A stretch of 64,000 nucleotides of DNA. Source: Psilocybe cubensis. Its lineage: Eukaryota. Where the stretch lies: assembly GCA_017499595.2 (NCBI GenBank), contig CM039000.1:558001-622000 (forward strand), read 5' to 3'. Made by a program: the position numbers and the translations under genes. Position 1 is the stretch's first letter. Every line of letters begins with the position of its first letter. Below, in pieces: positions 1 to 11,329 of this stretch. The notes beneath the pieces are model-generated. The model ran no database searches. It had not been told where the DNA came from and saw only the letters and a program-made list of their open reading frames with translations.

Positions 1-833
1 TGCGGCATACGTACGCCCAACCAATAATGTCATGAGGCTCTATGTGCGTGAGTTCTTCATGTACGATCGGAACGGACGGTGTGAGCTAAAGGGAGTGTGC
101 TATGCAGAACTGTTGTTGATCATGAAGGCGGCAGAGATATTGAAGGTTAGCAGGTTGACTCCATTCAACAAAAATACAAATCAACTTAATAGATTGGGTT
201 TGTCCTTGGCTGTACTATTTGGTTGATAGCCAAAGAGTAATCTAAACAATGTAATCTGACAATTGGATGCTAACTGAGGCCCACCCAATATAAAAGATTT
301 GAACATACGACGGAATATGTTCGACGGTAAATATCGTTTTATTAGTTAAAGTAGGCCAAACAATCCAGCGTTTTGTAGATGTTTTCTGTTTTCTCAGGAC
401 AGGTCCACTCTTGTCACCATTTTGCGAAGCAGTGTAATATGATGGTAGGTATTATTGTGCACTTCTCAGCAAGTAACTCTGCATCTCTCTCGTTTAAATT
501 CATATAGTCCTCGTTGCGTAGAGTGTAGTATGCAATATAGCCGTTCAAAGAAGGTCCGTTTGAGTGCGGGCATTCGATTGATATACAAACCTCAATTAAT
601 TCCGGTGCAATATGCGATTTGCACATTCGAAACGAATCTCATCGCCGTTAACATGAACATCGACTGTCATTTAAAAGACGGGGGATATCTAATAAATATC
701 TAAAAGCGAGAACATCCGAGGTCGTGATGATGAGTGCAGTAAATATACATATGGTGGACATAAAAGAAATGAAGCTCATGACAGAAAACGTAACCACAGC
801 AACTACTAAGGGAACAGAAGGAAACCCTGTTGT

Positions 834-2125
834 TCAAAATTCCTTCGTTGGCATCGAGCTGTAAGGTTTCTTTTTCAAGACACTCGGAATCAAAATAAGA
901 ACGCTGCACAGAGCGACCACAATCATTTGTAGAACGAGGCCGAGGTTGTCTACGTGATTTCATATAGGTCAGTCATTTGATGGTAGAAAGAAGCGGTACT
1001 GAATTCTTACCAAGCAAGATTCCTAAATTTCCAGAAAGATACTTAAGTTAGCTTGATAATTTATCTGAAAGAGCAAGTGCTTACCAAAGGGAGGGTTCTC
1101 CACAAACAACCCTCGAATAGTCGGCATCGTCAGTATAATCGTCAACGGCAACACCACAATGCCTTCTCCCAAGCTTTCACCGGCCATAACAAGCATTGTG
1201 ATATACGCCACCAGAACCGTCAAGCCCCAGTTCACAATGAACAACAGGAACGTATACATCTTTGCATTCACCGTCCTCCTCAGACCCAGGAACGTATTGC
1301 GGGACTGGATCAGCGTCCCGTTCACGATGGACTCTGTTGGCGTCTCTATTGACTGCGGTGCAAAGTTGTTGACAGGGTCAGCGAACACGGCCTTGATAAT
1401 CGGCAGCGAGGTGTTGTCGTTGGTGTTGATGACGAAGAAGTCGGAGCCGCTGTGGTAAAAGTCGAATGGATACCAAAAGAGTTGGTCATAGACGCGTTTG
1501 GAGCCTAATTGGGCGGTTGCGATGTCAATGGAATGCGTCTTCATGAAATGTACGAATCTTCATCAAGTAACGTCAGCGCCGCACTACAATTGAACAGGAC
1601 TTCAAGACATACCCAGTAGTTTTGTTGGAACGTTTGTCCAATTGGTAAAGGTCTTGCGGATCGTACGTGTTTTCCAGGTTACTTTATAGGCGTTAGTCAA
1701 TCTTCAAGTTTACATCATGGATACGGCCACATACTTGTCAATGTATATATTCAGAGGCACATTCGGCAGTCCGCAGGGAGATTGGCTTGCATCATACGTC
1801 TCCGCTGGTGTTAAGAGGAAGCGTCCGCATGCTCCGACAACCCACTGTACTTCGAATGTTCGCCCAGGAATATCAATTTCAAAAATGTGCCCCAGGAAGA
1901 AGATCTGCAGTACGTTAGCAAAAGGTAGTCATATTAAAACACCTAACCACGTACTCCATCTTGTTTCCCGTTCAGAATATCGCTTTGATACGTCCCTGCT
2001 GCCGTGGTCTGAGTTGATATAGGTACCAAAGTGAGTAGCGCAGATACGCCGATCATGGCCAACAATGCAACAATGACAAAAAACAACTCTTTAATTCGCC
2101 ATCTATTGGATATGCTGTGCGCCAT
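834..2125 (-). CDS. Multi-exon membrane protein, DUF4436-like (N-terminal TM helix, extracellular domain, C-terminal TM helices)
   Basis: ATG at 2125 (MAHSISNRWRIKELFFVIVALLAMIGVSALL). Manual splicing at GT..AG introns gives IFFLGHIFEIDIPGRTFEVQW.. / NLENTYDPQD.. / ..WYPFDFY..LLFIVNWGLT..LTMPTIRGLFVENPPFG / ILL / DNLGLVLQMIVVALCSVLILI..KEF*, with the stop at 834-836. YPFDxY and PTIR..PPFG.LLD resemble DUF4436-type proteins (from recall). Confidence 0.75.
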
Positions 2126-3600
2126 AGCGAGCGTAAATGCAATGGAGTTGTTTGAAGTACGATTAGGATGACCAGCGTTGAGCACGTAGGCTTGGAGCAG
2201 ACACAGATAACGGAGCGCAAACTACAGGCTTGATTTGACAGCCCTGGGTTTTATACATGGACCTAAATGATTCAGGAGTCAACACCTACCTACACGGAAA
2301 ACCAAGCCTCCTTCCATCCGATGCCAACTTACGTATGAAAAGCGCTCCTATATCCTGATTGCCGAGATGAAAAACTGCAGCCAACACCTTTGACATGAGC
2401 GAACAAAAAAAGCCTGCAGGCAATTTGCCCAGATATTCCCGGCAGCAGCGGTTGGACTTGAAAACGCAACCTTCAGCGGTAAAGACAAAATGCTGTGCGG
2501 CCTTGTTTCCAGGTTGCCTTTGGTTTGGAGCGAGAGCCTATCGTTTAAGGAGAGTTGATTGAGTTATATTCCATCCGCTTATATTGCATGAAACACGTTT
2601 AATGTCGCCAGTAGCAGCCCATAGAGCACAGCACCAAGTTTGAACGTTCAACGGGGGTCCGCAATAGCCAAAATTGTTGGGAGAATATGACGGTGAGAAA
2701 CCAGGCTGCTCGGAGGTTCACTTTGGCATAGGGTATCATGGTGGTCAACAAGTGAACTTGTAGCCCGATTACGCCAACTTCTCCCGCCAAGCAACAGCAC
2801 ATGATGAGAAATGGGCGTCACGGAGACAGTTCTAATTTAGACGCCGATTCAAGTCAAGTGGCATTATGTTCAAAATCTGAGTGGTAGTAGATCGACTGCA
2901 TGAAATGGGTTATTTGGTGTTGGACTGTTTTCAAATCGTGTCATATCGTTGGGCGGGTGCTTAACGAGTTTTTAACGGAAAGAACAAGGTAACCATGAGG
3001 TTAGAGAGTACTTATTAACCAAACGGCAACATGTTAGTAGGACACTACGTAAATATAAAGTGCTTTGAGTGCGCTTGGCGGGCAGAATGAGATTGGCGCC
3101 CAATGTGCGCGTGAACGGTTTGTCCCCGGCAACTCTGAAATAATGTGTGATTGGCAATATGTCCGATACTTATATGTTGTATGACTAGAAATAAAAGGTA
3201 TTCGACTATCACTGATCATCACTCACAAAGCGGCGCGGATGCAGACAGAGGCACTTCAAAGGTAGCGTATGTTTGAACCAAAGTACCACGTTAGCGTGGA
3301 TGTATATACTATAAATACTACTTCTTGATGGCGAAAAAGGCAGAGCCAGACGGCATGATACTTAGGCCATGACCTTTTCACGGATGCGATTGGCGGTTGT
3401 AATCATGGGCCAAAAATTTGAGTAGGGGAGAGCTTGTGAGACGGAATTGAAGCCACAACTTCAAAGCTAGCAAGAACGACAGGCAATTTGTTCTGTCCAA
3501 ATCATTGTTCAAAACCCTTCACTGTAAGATTCTTGTTACAGGTCGCAGATGGGCTACGTTATCCAAAGATAAAATGTAAGGGAACCTGAATGATATAGCT

Positions 3601-3945
3601 GCAAGCCTGCTGTCTGACTACACTCCCGCTTCCGCTGTATATATGCTATTCATAATTAAGAAATATATCTGAGTCATTTCTTCATTGCTTCTTTTACCTT
3701 ACCGCCAGTATTAATATTAGCTCTGTGTTTGGACACAGTCGCTTTTGTCTTAACAGTAGGAGACGCGGAAGGTCAATTTGATACTGTAGTAAAATTGTAT
3801 GTTGTTCTGCCGTTGGTATTTTATTGTAAGCCTGCTGCCTTACTACACTACCGTTTCTGCTGTATATATACTGTCCGTGATTAAGAAACAATATGTTTCT
3901 TAATTGGTTCTTTTAGTTTGAGTGTCACTGCTGTGTTCGGACATC
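3601..3945. repeat. Degenerate direct duplication, ~225-bp spacing
   Basis: gcaagcctgctgtctgactacactcccgcttccgctgtatatatgctattcataattaagaaa (3601) vs gtaagcctgctgccttactacactaccgtttctgctgtatatatactgtccgtgattaagaaa (3826); both are followed by ttctttta..ctgtgtt(t/c)ggaca. Confidence 0.7.
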
Positions 3946-5737
3946 GGACAGCAGCATTACATTTATACCCTCAAAGGTAGTGTCTGATTGTATCTCAATT
4001 GTTGGTTGGTAATTCATGCATACCTATAATGCCTGTCTTTCAGAAAATGGTATATCATTTCATTTAATGTCAACAATCAAGCAAAAAATGCACTAGCTGA
4101 AAACACTTCCAAAAAAAGCATGAACATCTAGTTTGTTGCTTTTGATGACTCTTTCAATACTTTCAAAGGTGAAGGATTTGGACAGCTGCAAGCATCCAAC
4201 ACTTGCATACTTTTGGCACTTTTTCCTTATGATAAGAGGGCTTATGAGGCGACGTTCCTGCCAGTTGCGCTTTTTTAGCCGGCACCAATCGGCTTTGTTT
4301 TGATTGAGGCATTTTTGTTAGTGATGCCGCACGGCTCGGAGTCACATCTGTGATTTAAGAATTGATCTCCGACTAACAGCTGACTAGCGCTGACTCCTGA
4401 GCTTGCCGGTCAATGGTCATCTTTTCATCTTTCTTTCGTCCCTTCTAATGTTAATGCATTTCATCCACTTTTCAAAGCGTCTTCCATGTAAGTCTTATGC
4501 TATACTGTAGTCACTTGCACAATTTTTATTTTGTCAAACAAATATATTTTATTTTACCGCAATTTTACAACAAACATTTGAATAACAATATTTCAGACAT
4601 AATTCAGCGCCATTTTTCTAGGGAGAACAACGCTATGGAGCTTAATACCTGTGATAATTAATTTTAAGCTGGCAAGCCCTATACCAGGGGATTTTTTTTG
4701 CCTTACGCTTTCTCCTCCCATCCAGTCCTTTGGGCCTATTGTTGTATCTGTTTTTCTTTATCTTGTCTCTATAGTTCATTTAGTGGATATAAGAATTGCA
4801 ATTTCCTCCCATGATTACCACATTATACACTTTAATGTCATGAAGGGTGCACCTTTTTTTCTGTACCACAGGCCGCATCTTTAAATTTATTATTTTGGTT
4901 TTCTCTCTTAAATGAAGGTATTACAGGTTCCAAATATGTGGTCTGTAGAAGAGTGATAATAAATTAAATTTGAGTCAAAAATCTTTCTTCCTAGTCAATT
5001 TGTCAATGGTTTCAAGTTCTAGAAATTGTGCCAACTAAAACAAATGATTTGAGATACACCACTGACGCTCATATGTATATTCAAGAAAGATTAGAACCAG
5101 TAATTATGTTTCCCCTTTTTTGTTGACATATTTTTCTGGTATATAAACTTTGGGGTTGCCGGGCCTCAAAGTCTATATACCAGCAAAATATGTCAAAAAA
5201 CATAGAAAGCCTAATTGCCAGTCCATATTTTTGTGGCAAATATGTACCAGCGCCAGCCGTGATATAAGTTATATTGTGGCACCAATAAAAGAATGAAAAC
5301 ATGTGGATTTTGAGGACTCGTACATGCCATACAAAGTGGTGGCCCACCCTACAAGTTTGAAAGGTGCAAAAGTGTCTGTTAGTAGGTTTGTACTTTTTCT
5401 GATGAGCAGGGTTACCCAGCCCAAATAGTTTGTGTGCACATGCTGTGATTATTTTCTATGTTAAACGTAGTGAGAAAGCCAATAACCTGTATACCAACAG
5501 TCCGGAGACTAAGAAGAGGTTCGTTTGTTACCACCGTGGCCGCCACGTTTTAGTGATCATAGAAATAGAAATAGGGGTTATGGGAAATCCGGACCGACCC
5601 TTTGTCGTTGTTGTGCAAGGGCTTCAAATTTTTCATTTTCACTGCAAAGCACCGTTTACAGCCGGACGCCATCCTAACCTAATATCCCTATCCCTTGTAT
5701 TCCCTTTCCTTTGCCTCCTTCTTTGACTTCAACCACG

Positions 5738-7180
5738 ATGTCGCCTCCTTCATCATCCAACGGAAAGGACTCTGCAGCTGCTAGGGTGTTGGGTTCGGGA
5801 ACTTCAGGTAAATACTAACGTTTTGACTTGCGACGCGTTTCGTACGGGCTGGTTGTCCATCCAGTTTAGTCTTTTGCTAATAACTCCCGGTATATGCGCA
5901 TTCAGGAATTGCCGAGCTCCTCATTTTCCACCCTGTGGACACCGTGGCCAAGCGCCTGATGAGCAACAAGGCCAAGGTTCGTGGTAATTTGCACGGACTT
6001 CGTCCTAAATGTCAGGGAAGAAAAGGGATCTTAATTCTTCTTCAACCTGCAGGTTTCCGCCTCGACTCTGTCGCCCATCATCTTCCGTGACGCCGCTTCG
6101 AAGCCACTAGTGACCAAGTTCCTGTCGCTTTTCCCCGGTCTTGGATATGCCGCTGGATACAAGGTCGCCCAGCGCGTGTACAAGTTCGGTGGACAGCCCT
6201 GGTTCAACGATATCATCAATAAGCACTACAAGTCCAGTTTCACGAACACCTTTGGCGAGCGCAAGGGGAAAATGATGATGCAGGCCACGGCTGGAAGGTA
6301 CGTCCAGTCACCCATACCCACATGCTCAGCCGATCGTACACCATACTGCAGTGCAGCTGCCGCAGCTGTTATGTTTTCTCTCCCTTGCTACTTTCTTTTC
6401 ATTTTCCCGAGAATTCTAAAATTGGATACTGACGCGTCGATTCCAGCTTGACAGGTATCGGCGAAGTCGTATGTTGCATCATTGCCTGTCTAAAGATTTG
6501 CGCTAATTGTGCGTTCGCTCGTTGAAAATTAAAGGTTCTATTGCCATTGGACGCTTTGAAGATCAAGCGTCAGGTGAACCCTGAAGCATTCCGCGGCCGT
6601 GGTGTCGTCCGGATCTTCATGGAGGAGGGTACCACTCTCTACCGTGGCTGGGGATGGACCATGGCTCGTAACGCCCCCGGAAGCTTCGCTGTGCGTCTTT
6701 TTCTCCCTTCCTATATCCCCAACTTCTCAGCTGACGCTCTCGTTCTCCTCGCGTGATGTGATATGTGTATGACACAGCTCTTCGGTGCTTCGGCCGTAAC
6801 AAAGGAATATGTGCTCGGCGTGTCCGACTACTCAAAGGCGACGTGGGGCCAGAACTTTATTGCGTCGATCGCGGGTGCCGTCGCGTCCATCACCGTCGCT
6901 GCCCCCCTCGACACCGTCAAGACCCGCATCCAGAACGCCAACTTTGAGCGCAAGGTGCACGGTGTGACGGTGGTCAAGGAGCTCATCAAAAACGAAGGCC
7001 CGACTGCCTTCTTCAAGGGGCTGACGCCAAAGGTATGCCAGTGTCCTTTTTTGGTGCGTGTGGATGGCGGCTGACTTTGGCGACTTCTTGCGATTTTAGA
7101 TTTTGGTTGTTGGACCTAAGCTCGTGTTCAGCTACACGCTTGCTCAGTCGTTGATACCACTCTTCTCCAAATACGTTTAA
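5738..7180 (+). CDS. GGC1: Mitochondrial GTP/GDP carrier (mitochondrial carrier family), 7 exons, intact
   Basis: Exons 5738-5807, 5906-5976, 6053-6297, 6448-6468, 6535-6690, 6778-7032, 7100-7180, all with GT-AG introns. Protein: MSPPSSSNGKDSAAARVLGSGTSGIAELLIFHPVDTVAKRLMSN..SLFPGLGYAAGYKVAQRVYKFGGQP..LPLDALKIKRQVNPEAFRGRG..LYRGWGWTMARNAPGSFALFG..APLDTVKTRIQ..FFKGLTPKILVVGPKLVFSYTLAQ. It has three PxDxxK carrier motifs and fungal Ggc1/Yhm1-specific stretches. Confidence 0.93.
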
Positions 7181-9103
7181 GGAGTAGCTCTATAGGGATG
7201 GCACCCCAACTCCATCCCGCCATCTTATATCCCCCATCCCATCCTTGATTCATTTCGTGGACGGAAGGAAGGAAACACAGATAAAAAGTTAATTAGATAC
7301 TTACCTACTTACTTTATTAGACCACGATCGACCTATTTACTTACGGTGCAGGAATGACCCACTTACATATATATATTCACCTGATTGATGATACTGACGT
7401 TGCTGCTTGTTCTTCTCTCGTTCTCCCCCGTTCCTGTATTTTTCTTTCTTTCTTTAGGGTTTTTTAGTGTTACTACTGTTAGCCACTGTTGATTGTCATG
7501 ACCAACTACCCACCCCCTACATGGACCACCGCCACAACCATCACCACCACCACCACCCCCGCCGCCTGTCGCTTGAGTGCGCACGAAAATTCTTAATGCA
7601 TATTTAGATAATAGGTTTATAATCGAATCTACAACCCCATCTCACATGAATCCACTTTTTTTAATATTTTATGCCTATGCCATATTGTGTTTCGGGGTTA
7701 GCTTCAAAGTTGGTTGAAGGTTCAATACCGTAACAGGATGCGCTTTGCACTTTGTCTAGTGTACATCTGAACCTAATCCCGAGTTCACGTCTGTACATGT
7801 GCGACTCAGAACGAAGTTAAGGTTAAGCCTTATTCAAGTTATTGCGATACCAAAAACGACTTTTTACACGATTGCACGCGTCCTACTTGGTTGCAGTTCG
7901 CAGCACGCAGCACGCACCGCATCGACACAACGTCTAGTGATTACTTGCTAAAACAGTTATACATACATCTCGTAGAGTATGATTCAGCAGCACAGCTGGT
8001 GGGGATAGATAGGGTAGGTAGGTTACTATAGGTGTAGTAGTATGTCGGCTGTACATACATACATACATACACTGGATGTATATGTACACCAATAGACAAT
8101 GGAGGTATGACAGTAATAAGATAGCCTGTGAAGGGCGTAGAGTGTGATATGATGGGGGTAGTCGTACACGCCCGGTATGGATGGATGGACGTGTATGGGA
8201 ATATCATGTAAGGGAAGGATAGGCGTGGGTTGGGAGGCAATAGAAGTCTAGGAGGAGAAAAATGGTATAAGTGTTAACGTGAATGCGAATCTGGGAAAAC
8301 AAGGTCATAAAGATGGGAGAAAATTAAATATAGGAAATGTGCGGTCGGGTGTGCGTGCACACTACGCAGCAGAGGAGAACACAACAGGCAGAAGGTAGAG
8401 GTGGATGATAACGAGGTGAACATGCCGAAGAAGAAGAAAAAGAGGAGAACAATGCAGAGGGGGGAAAATCGAGAACGAAATTGAAGGAAGACGAAACGAG
8501 AATCAAATCAGAACGGCTCGAAATCCAAAATCCAGTTCCGATTCCAATAGTTTTCTACAACAACTCTACTCTACAAAGATCTTCTACTTTTACAAATTCG
8601 TCTTCGACACGTCAACGCGTCGTCGACGATCACCCGCGTACCGCGCCACCTGCTCTGCAGTGGTCACTCGTCCTCGCACGCACGCGTGCAAGTGCACAAA
8701 TCAAGCACGACCGGTGAGTCTTTCTACTACATCAAAACAAAAAAAAGCAGAAACGGGGGAAAGAAATAGAAAACAAAAGGAGAAAGCGGGAACTGGACTG
8801 AACGATATACACGAGGGGCTTGGTGGTGGTGGTGGTAGCAACAGACAGCATCGAGCGCCAGGCGGTGTAGGGATGGACAGAAGGGATCCTCCGAGCATGC
8901 ATGCACGCGCGTGTGCTCCCCTCCCTCTCATCCTCCGAGGTGTGATGTTGGCCCGCAAAAAGTGAATAGGTGCGTATGTGGGTGGAAATCAACTCCGGGT
9001 ATCGGTTACTGAACTAGATGGGAAGGGAGGGAAGGGGGGGAGGAGACTTGGACAGACATGTATGGCATGCAGGGAGGCACGACGGAAGGAGGAGGGGGGG
9101 CGC

Positions 9104-10899
9104 TCAGAGCGAGAACCACTGCCTCTTCGCGTGAAGCCTCCTGTGCGCGGTGGTTGCAGCTACTTTCACCTGTGGCTCGGGCTCGGGCGATTTCTTGACG
9201 AGCACGCCCTCCTCAGGGGAGGGAAGCAAAGCGCGTCTCCTGCGCCTGCTCGAGCGCTTCTGGCATGACGGGGCAGGGTTGCCGTTGTCGTTGCTGGTAG
9301 AAACAGAAGCAGCGGATGCAGAAGAAGCGGAGGCAGAGGCAGAGGAAGAAGCGCCTGCGGCGAGGTTGGCGGGGGCGGGGCTTGCACCGGTGTTCCCACC
9401 TGAGTTTGCGTTGTTCGAGCCTGAGCCGTTGTTTGAGTTGGATTTGTTCGAGCCCGAGTTGTTGTTGTTGGAGCCAGAATTGTTGGAACCGGAGTTGCCT
9501 GCGGGAGCACTCGGAGCGCCAGCAAAGATATCGTTCTGCGCGCCTGAAAAGAAGAATCGCAAAAACGCCAAGTCAGCCTCTTACAATCCGAAATAATAAA
9601 AAAATCATTAAAAACAAACCATCAGCGAAACCCAGCTTGGCGTTGTATGCTGGAGACTTGAAGCTGCCTGAAAGGTCGTATCCACTGACAGCGATGTTGT
9701 TGCCCTCGTTCTGGTTCCAGTAAATCATCTGCTTCGAGCCCTTGACGCAGGCACCTGGGTTGCCCTCGCACCACACGGGTGGCTGTGGGGGTGCAATGGG
9801 CGTAGTGCTCTTTGCGCCGGTGACTTTGCACTTGAATGGCTGGTGGTACATGTTCGGCTGGCCGCAGCCGTTCGGGACCCATCCCCACTGTGGAAAGAGT
9901 TAGACGAAAAATGTGAAGTTTGAATAGAAGTCGGCTTACAGCGCAGATGCAGCCTCCTTCAGGGCAGGCGGGCAAGTTGGCCGGGACATCGTAGCTGATA
10001 ACGCGCTTCCAGGGTGTGCTGTGGGGGATTTTATTGATAAGCGTCATTGATTTATTTGCAAGGAATGAAAACCACTCACTTATAACGAACAGTGAACACT
10101 GCAAGGTTCTGGGGAGTTACTGCCTTGATGTCAGACTAGAAAGTATTTGCAAAGTGAGCGCTAGATATGATTTTGAACGAGAGTTGGGGACTTGCGTTGT
10201 ACGAGATTGCGAATGCGGTTCCGGCCGCCATAGACTGATTCTGGGCATGCACTGCACAAAAATGAATCAGCAAAAACGCCAAGAAACGAGGGCCGCTCAC
10301 TGTTTGGGGACGTGATGCATGAAGGGACATTCTGTGAGGCACAGTGGGTTAATTAATCAGTTGCTAGGAATATGGGAAAGACACGCACATAGTCCTCGGG
10401 GTATGTCGCACCGTCTGGCCATTCTGAGGTGTCGCGCCCGTTGTACGCCAGCGTGGTCTTTGCGCGGTTGGAGGCGATCTCGACGGTGAAGCTTCCACCA
10501 GCAGGACTGAAGTCGGGGTTTAGACGACGGAAATCAAAAATACAGGTGTGTTGGGACTCACAGCTCGAGGAAGTCCCCGTCTGCAGGAGGATATAGGTCA
10601 CACTAAGATTGTTTCGCAAGTTTCAGAGAATACTAGGTTAACAATTGCACCAAAAACACACGTTGTTGATATGATGGACTGCAGAGTGTTGTTTAATGAG
10701 ATGAACATAGCACAACGGCAAGGCACGTACACCACCAATCCTTAAAGTTGAGCTGGACAATCGCGTAGGAATTCAAGTCTTGCGGGACCCTATAGAAAGA
10801 ATGTAGATTCTTCAGCGGTTCTGAACATTTTGAAATGAGGACTACATTCCTTTGTGGAAAGCTGCAAGAAGGCCGCTGTGAGAAGGTTGACTTGAACTT
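9104..10899 (-). pseudogene. AA14-family lytic polysaccharide monooxygenase, copy 1 (His1 codon deleted, frameshifted 5' end)
   Basis: Spliced body: [119 protein letters not shown], then an N/S/G-rich tail. Relative to copy 2 it lacks 25 nt including the His1 CAT (near 10868), the intron-1 donor and further small blocks. Confidence 0.85.
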
Positions 10900-11061
10900 G
10901 TTGAGCCGCGTTGAAAAAGAGTGTGGTTGGCCTTGAAGAAAGAGAGTGTGTGGTTTGGCGTAAACCGAGCGGGATAGTACAAGCGTAGGTACAGGAAAGG
11001 GGAAGGAGTCGTACAAAAGGGAGTCTGTCCAAGTCGTTGGAGTGAAAAGTTGACAGTCTAG

Positions 11062-11067
11062 TTTATA
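11062..11067 (-). promoter_or_regulatory. Putative TATA box of the AA14 gene (present in every unit)
   Basis: TATAAA on the minus strand ~165 bp upstream of the signal-peptide region, followed by a CT-rich leader. Confidence 0.5.
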
Positions 11068-11273
11068 AGCTAATCAGGAAGTGAGCGGATGGATGATACC
11101 CTGCGTTCATCATGGAAGAAGGGGAGGCAGACCACCTAAATTGATAGATTACTATTTATGATGTGCAGATGTTGCTTTTTCTGGCGAGTTTTTACTCGGT
11201 AAAATGTCGAGATCTATTAATAGGCCAAAAAAAGAGCGTAGTCCATGCATTCCAACACCTTCAATTTATCGTA

Positions 11274-11318
11274 CTAGCAGAGGTTAGCCCCGCCCGAAGG
11301 CCAGAATGGGGCGTAACC
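11274..11318 (-). mobile_element. Candidate Helitron 3' terminus (GC hairpin + CTAG|T); also at 26307, 37026, 47730, 58434
   Basis: Minus strand reads GGTTAC-GCCCC-[ATTCTG]-GCC-TTCG-GGC-GGGGC-TAACCTCTG-CTAG|T. This is an 8-bp GC stem with a TTCG loop, interrupted by 6 nt, 9 nt before CTAG, and followed by T. Confidence 0.45.
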
Positions 11319-11329
11319 GGTCTATCTAC

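Noticed and set aside
2200-5700. Short ORFs and a possible MITE in the AT-rich region upstream of GGC1
   Set aside because: No convincing terminal inverted repeats, TSD or coding signal found by eye
7520-8840. (CAC)n, (ACAT)n and (GGT)n runs and the Gly/Pro/His-rich ORFs they generate
   Set aside because: Ordinary microsatellites in the convergent 3' intergenic region between GGC1 and AA14
9150-9723. Plus-strand ORFs (148 aa, 135 aa) and equivalents in other units
   Set aside because: Antisense shadows of the low-complexity AA14 tail
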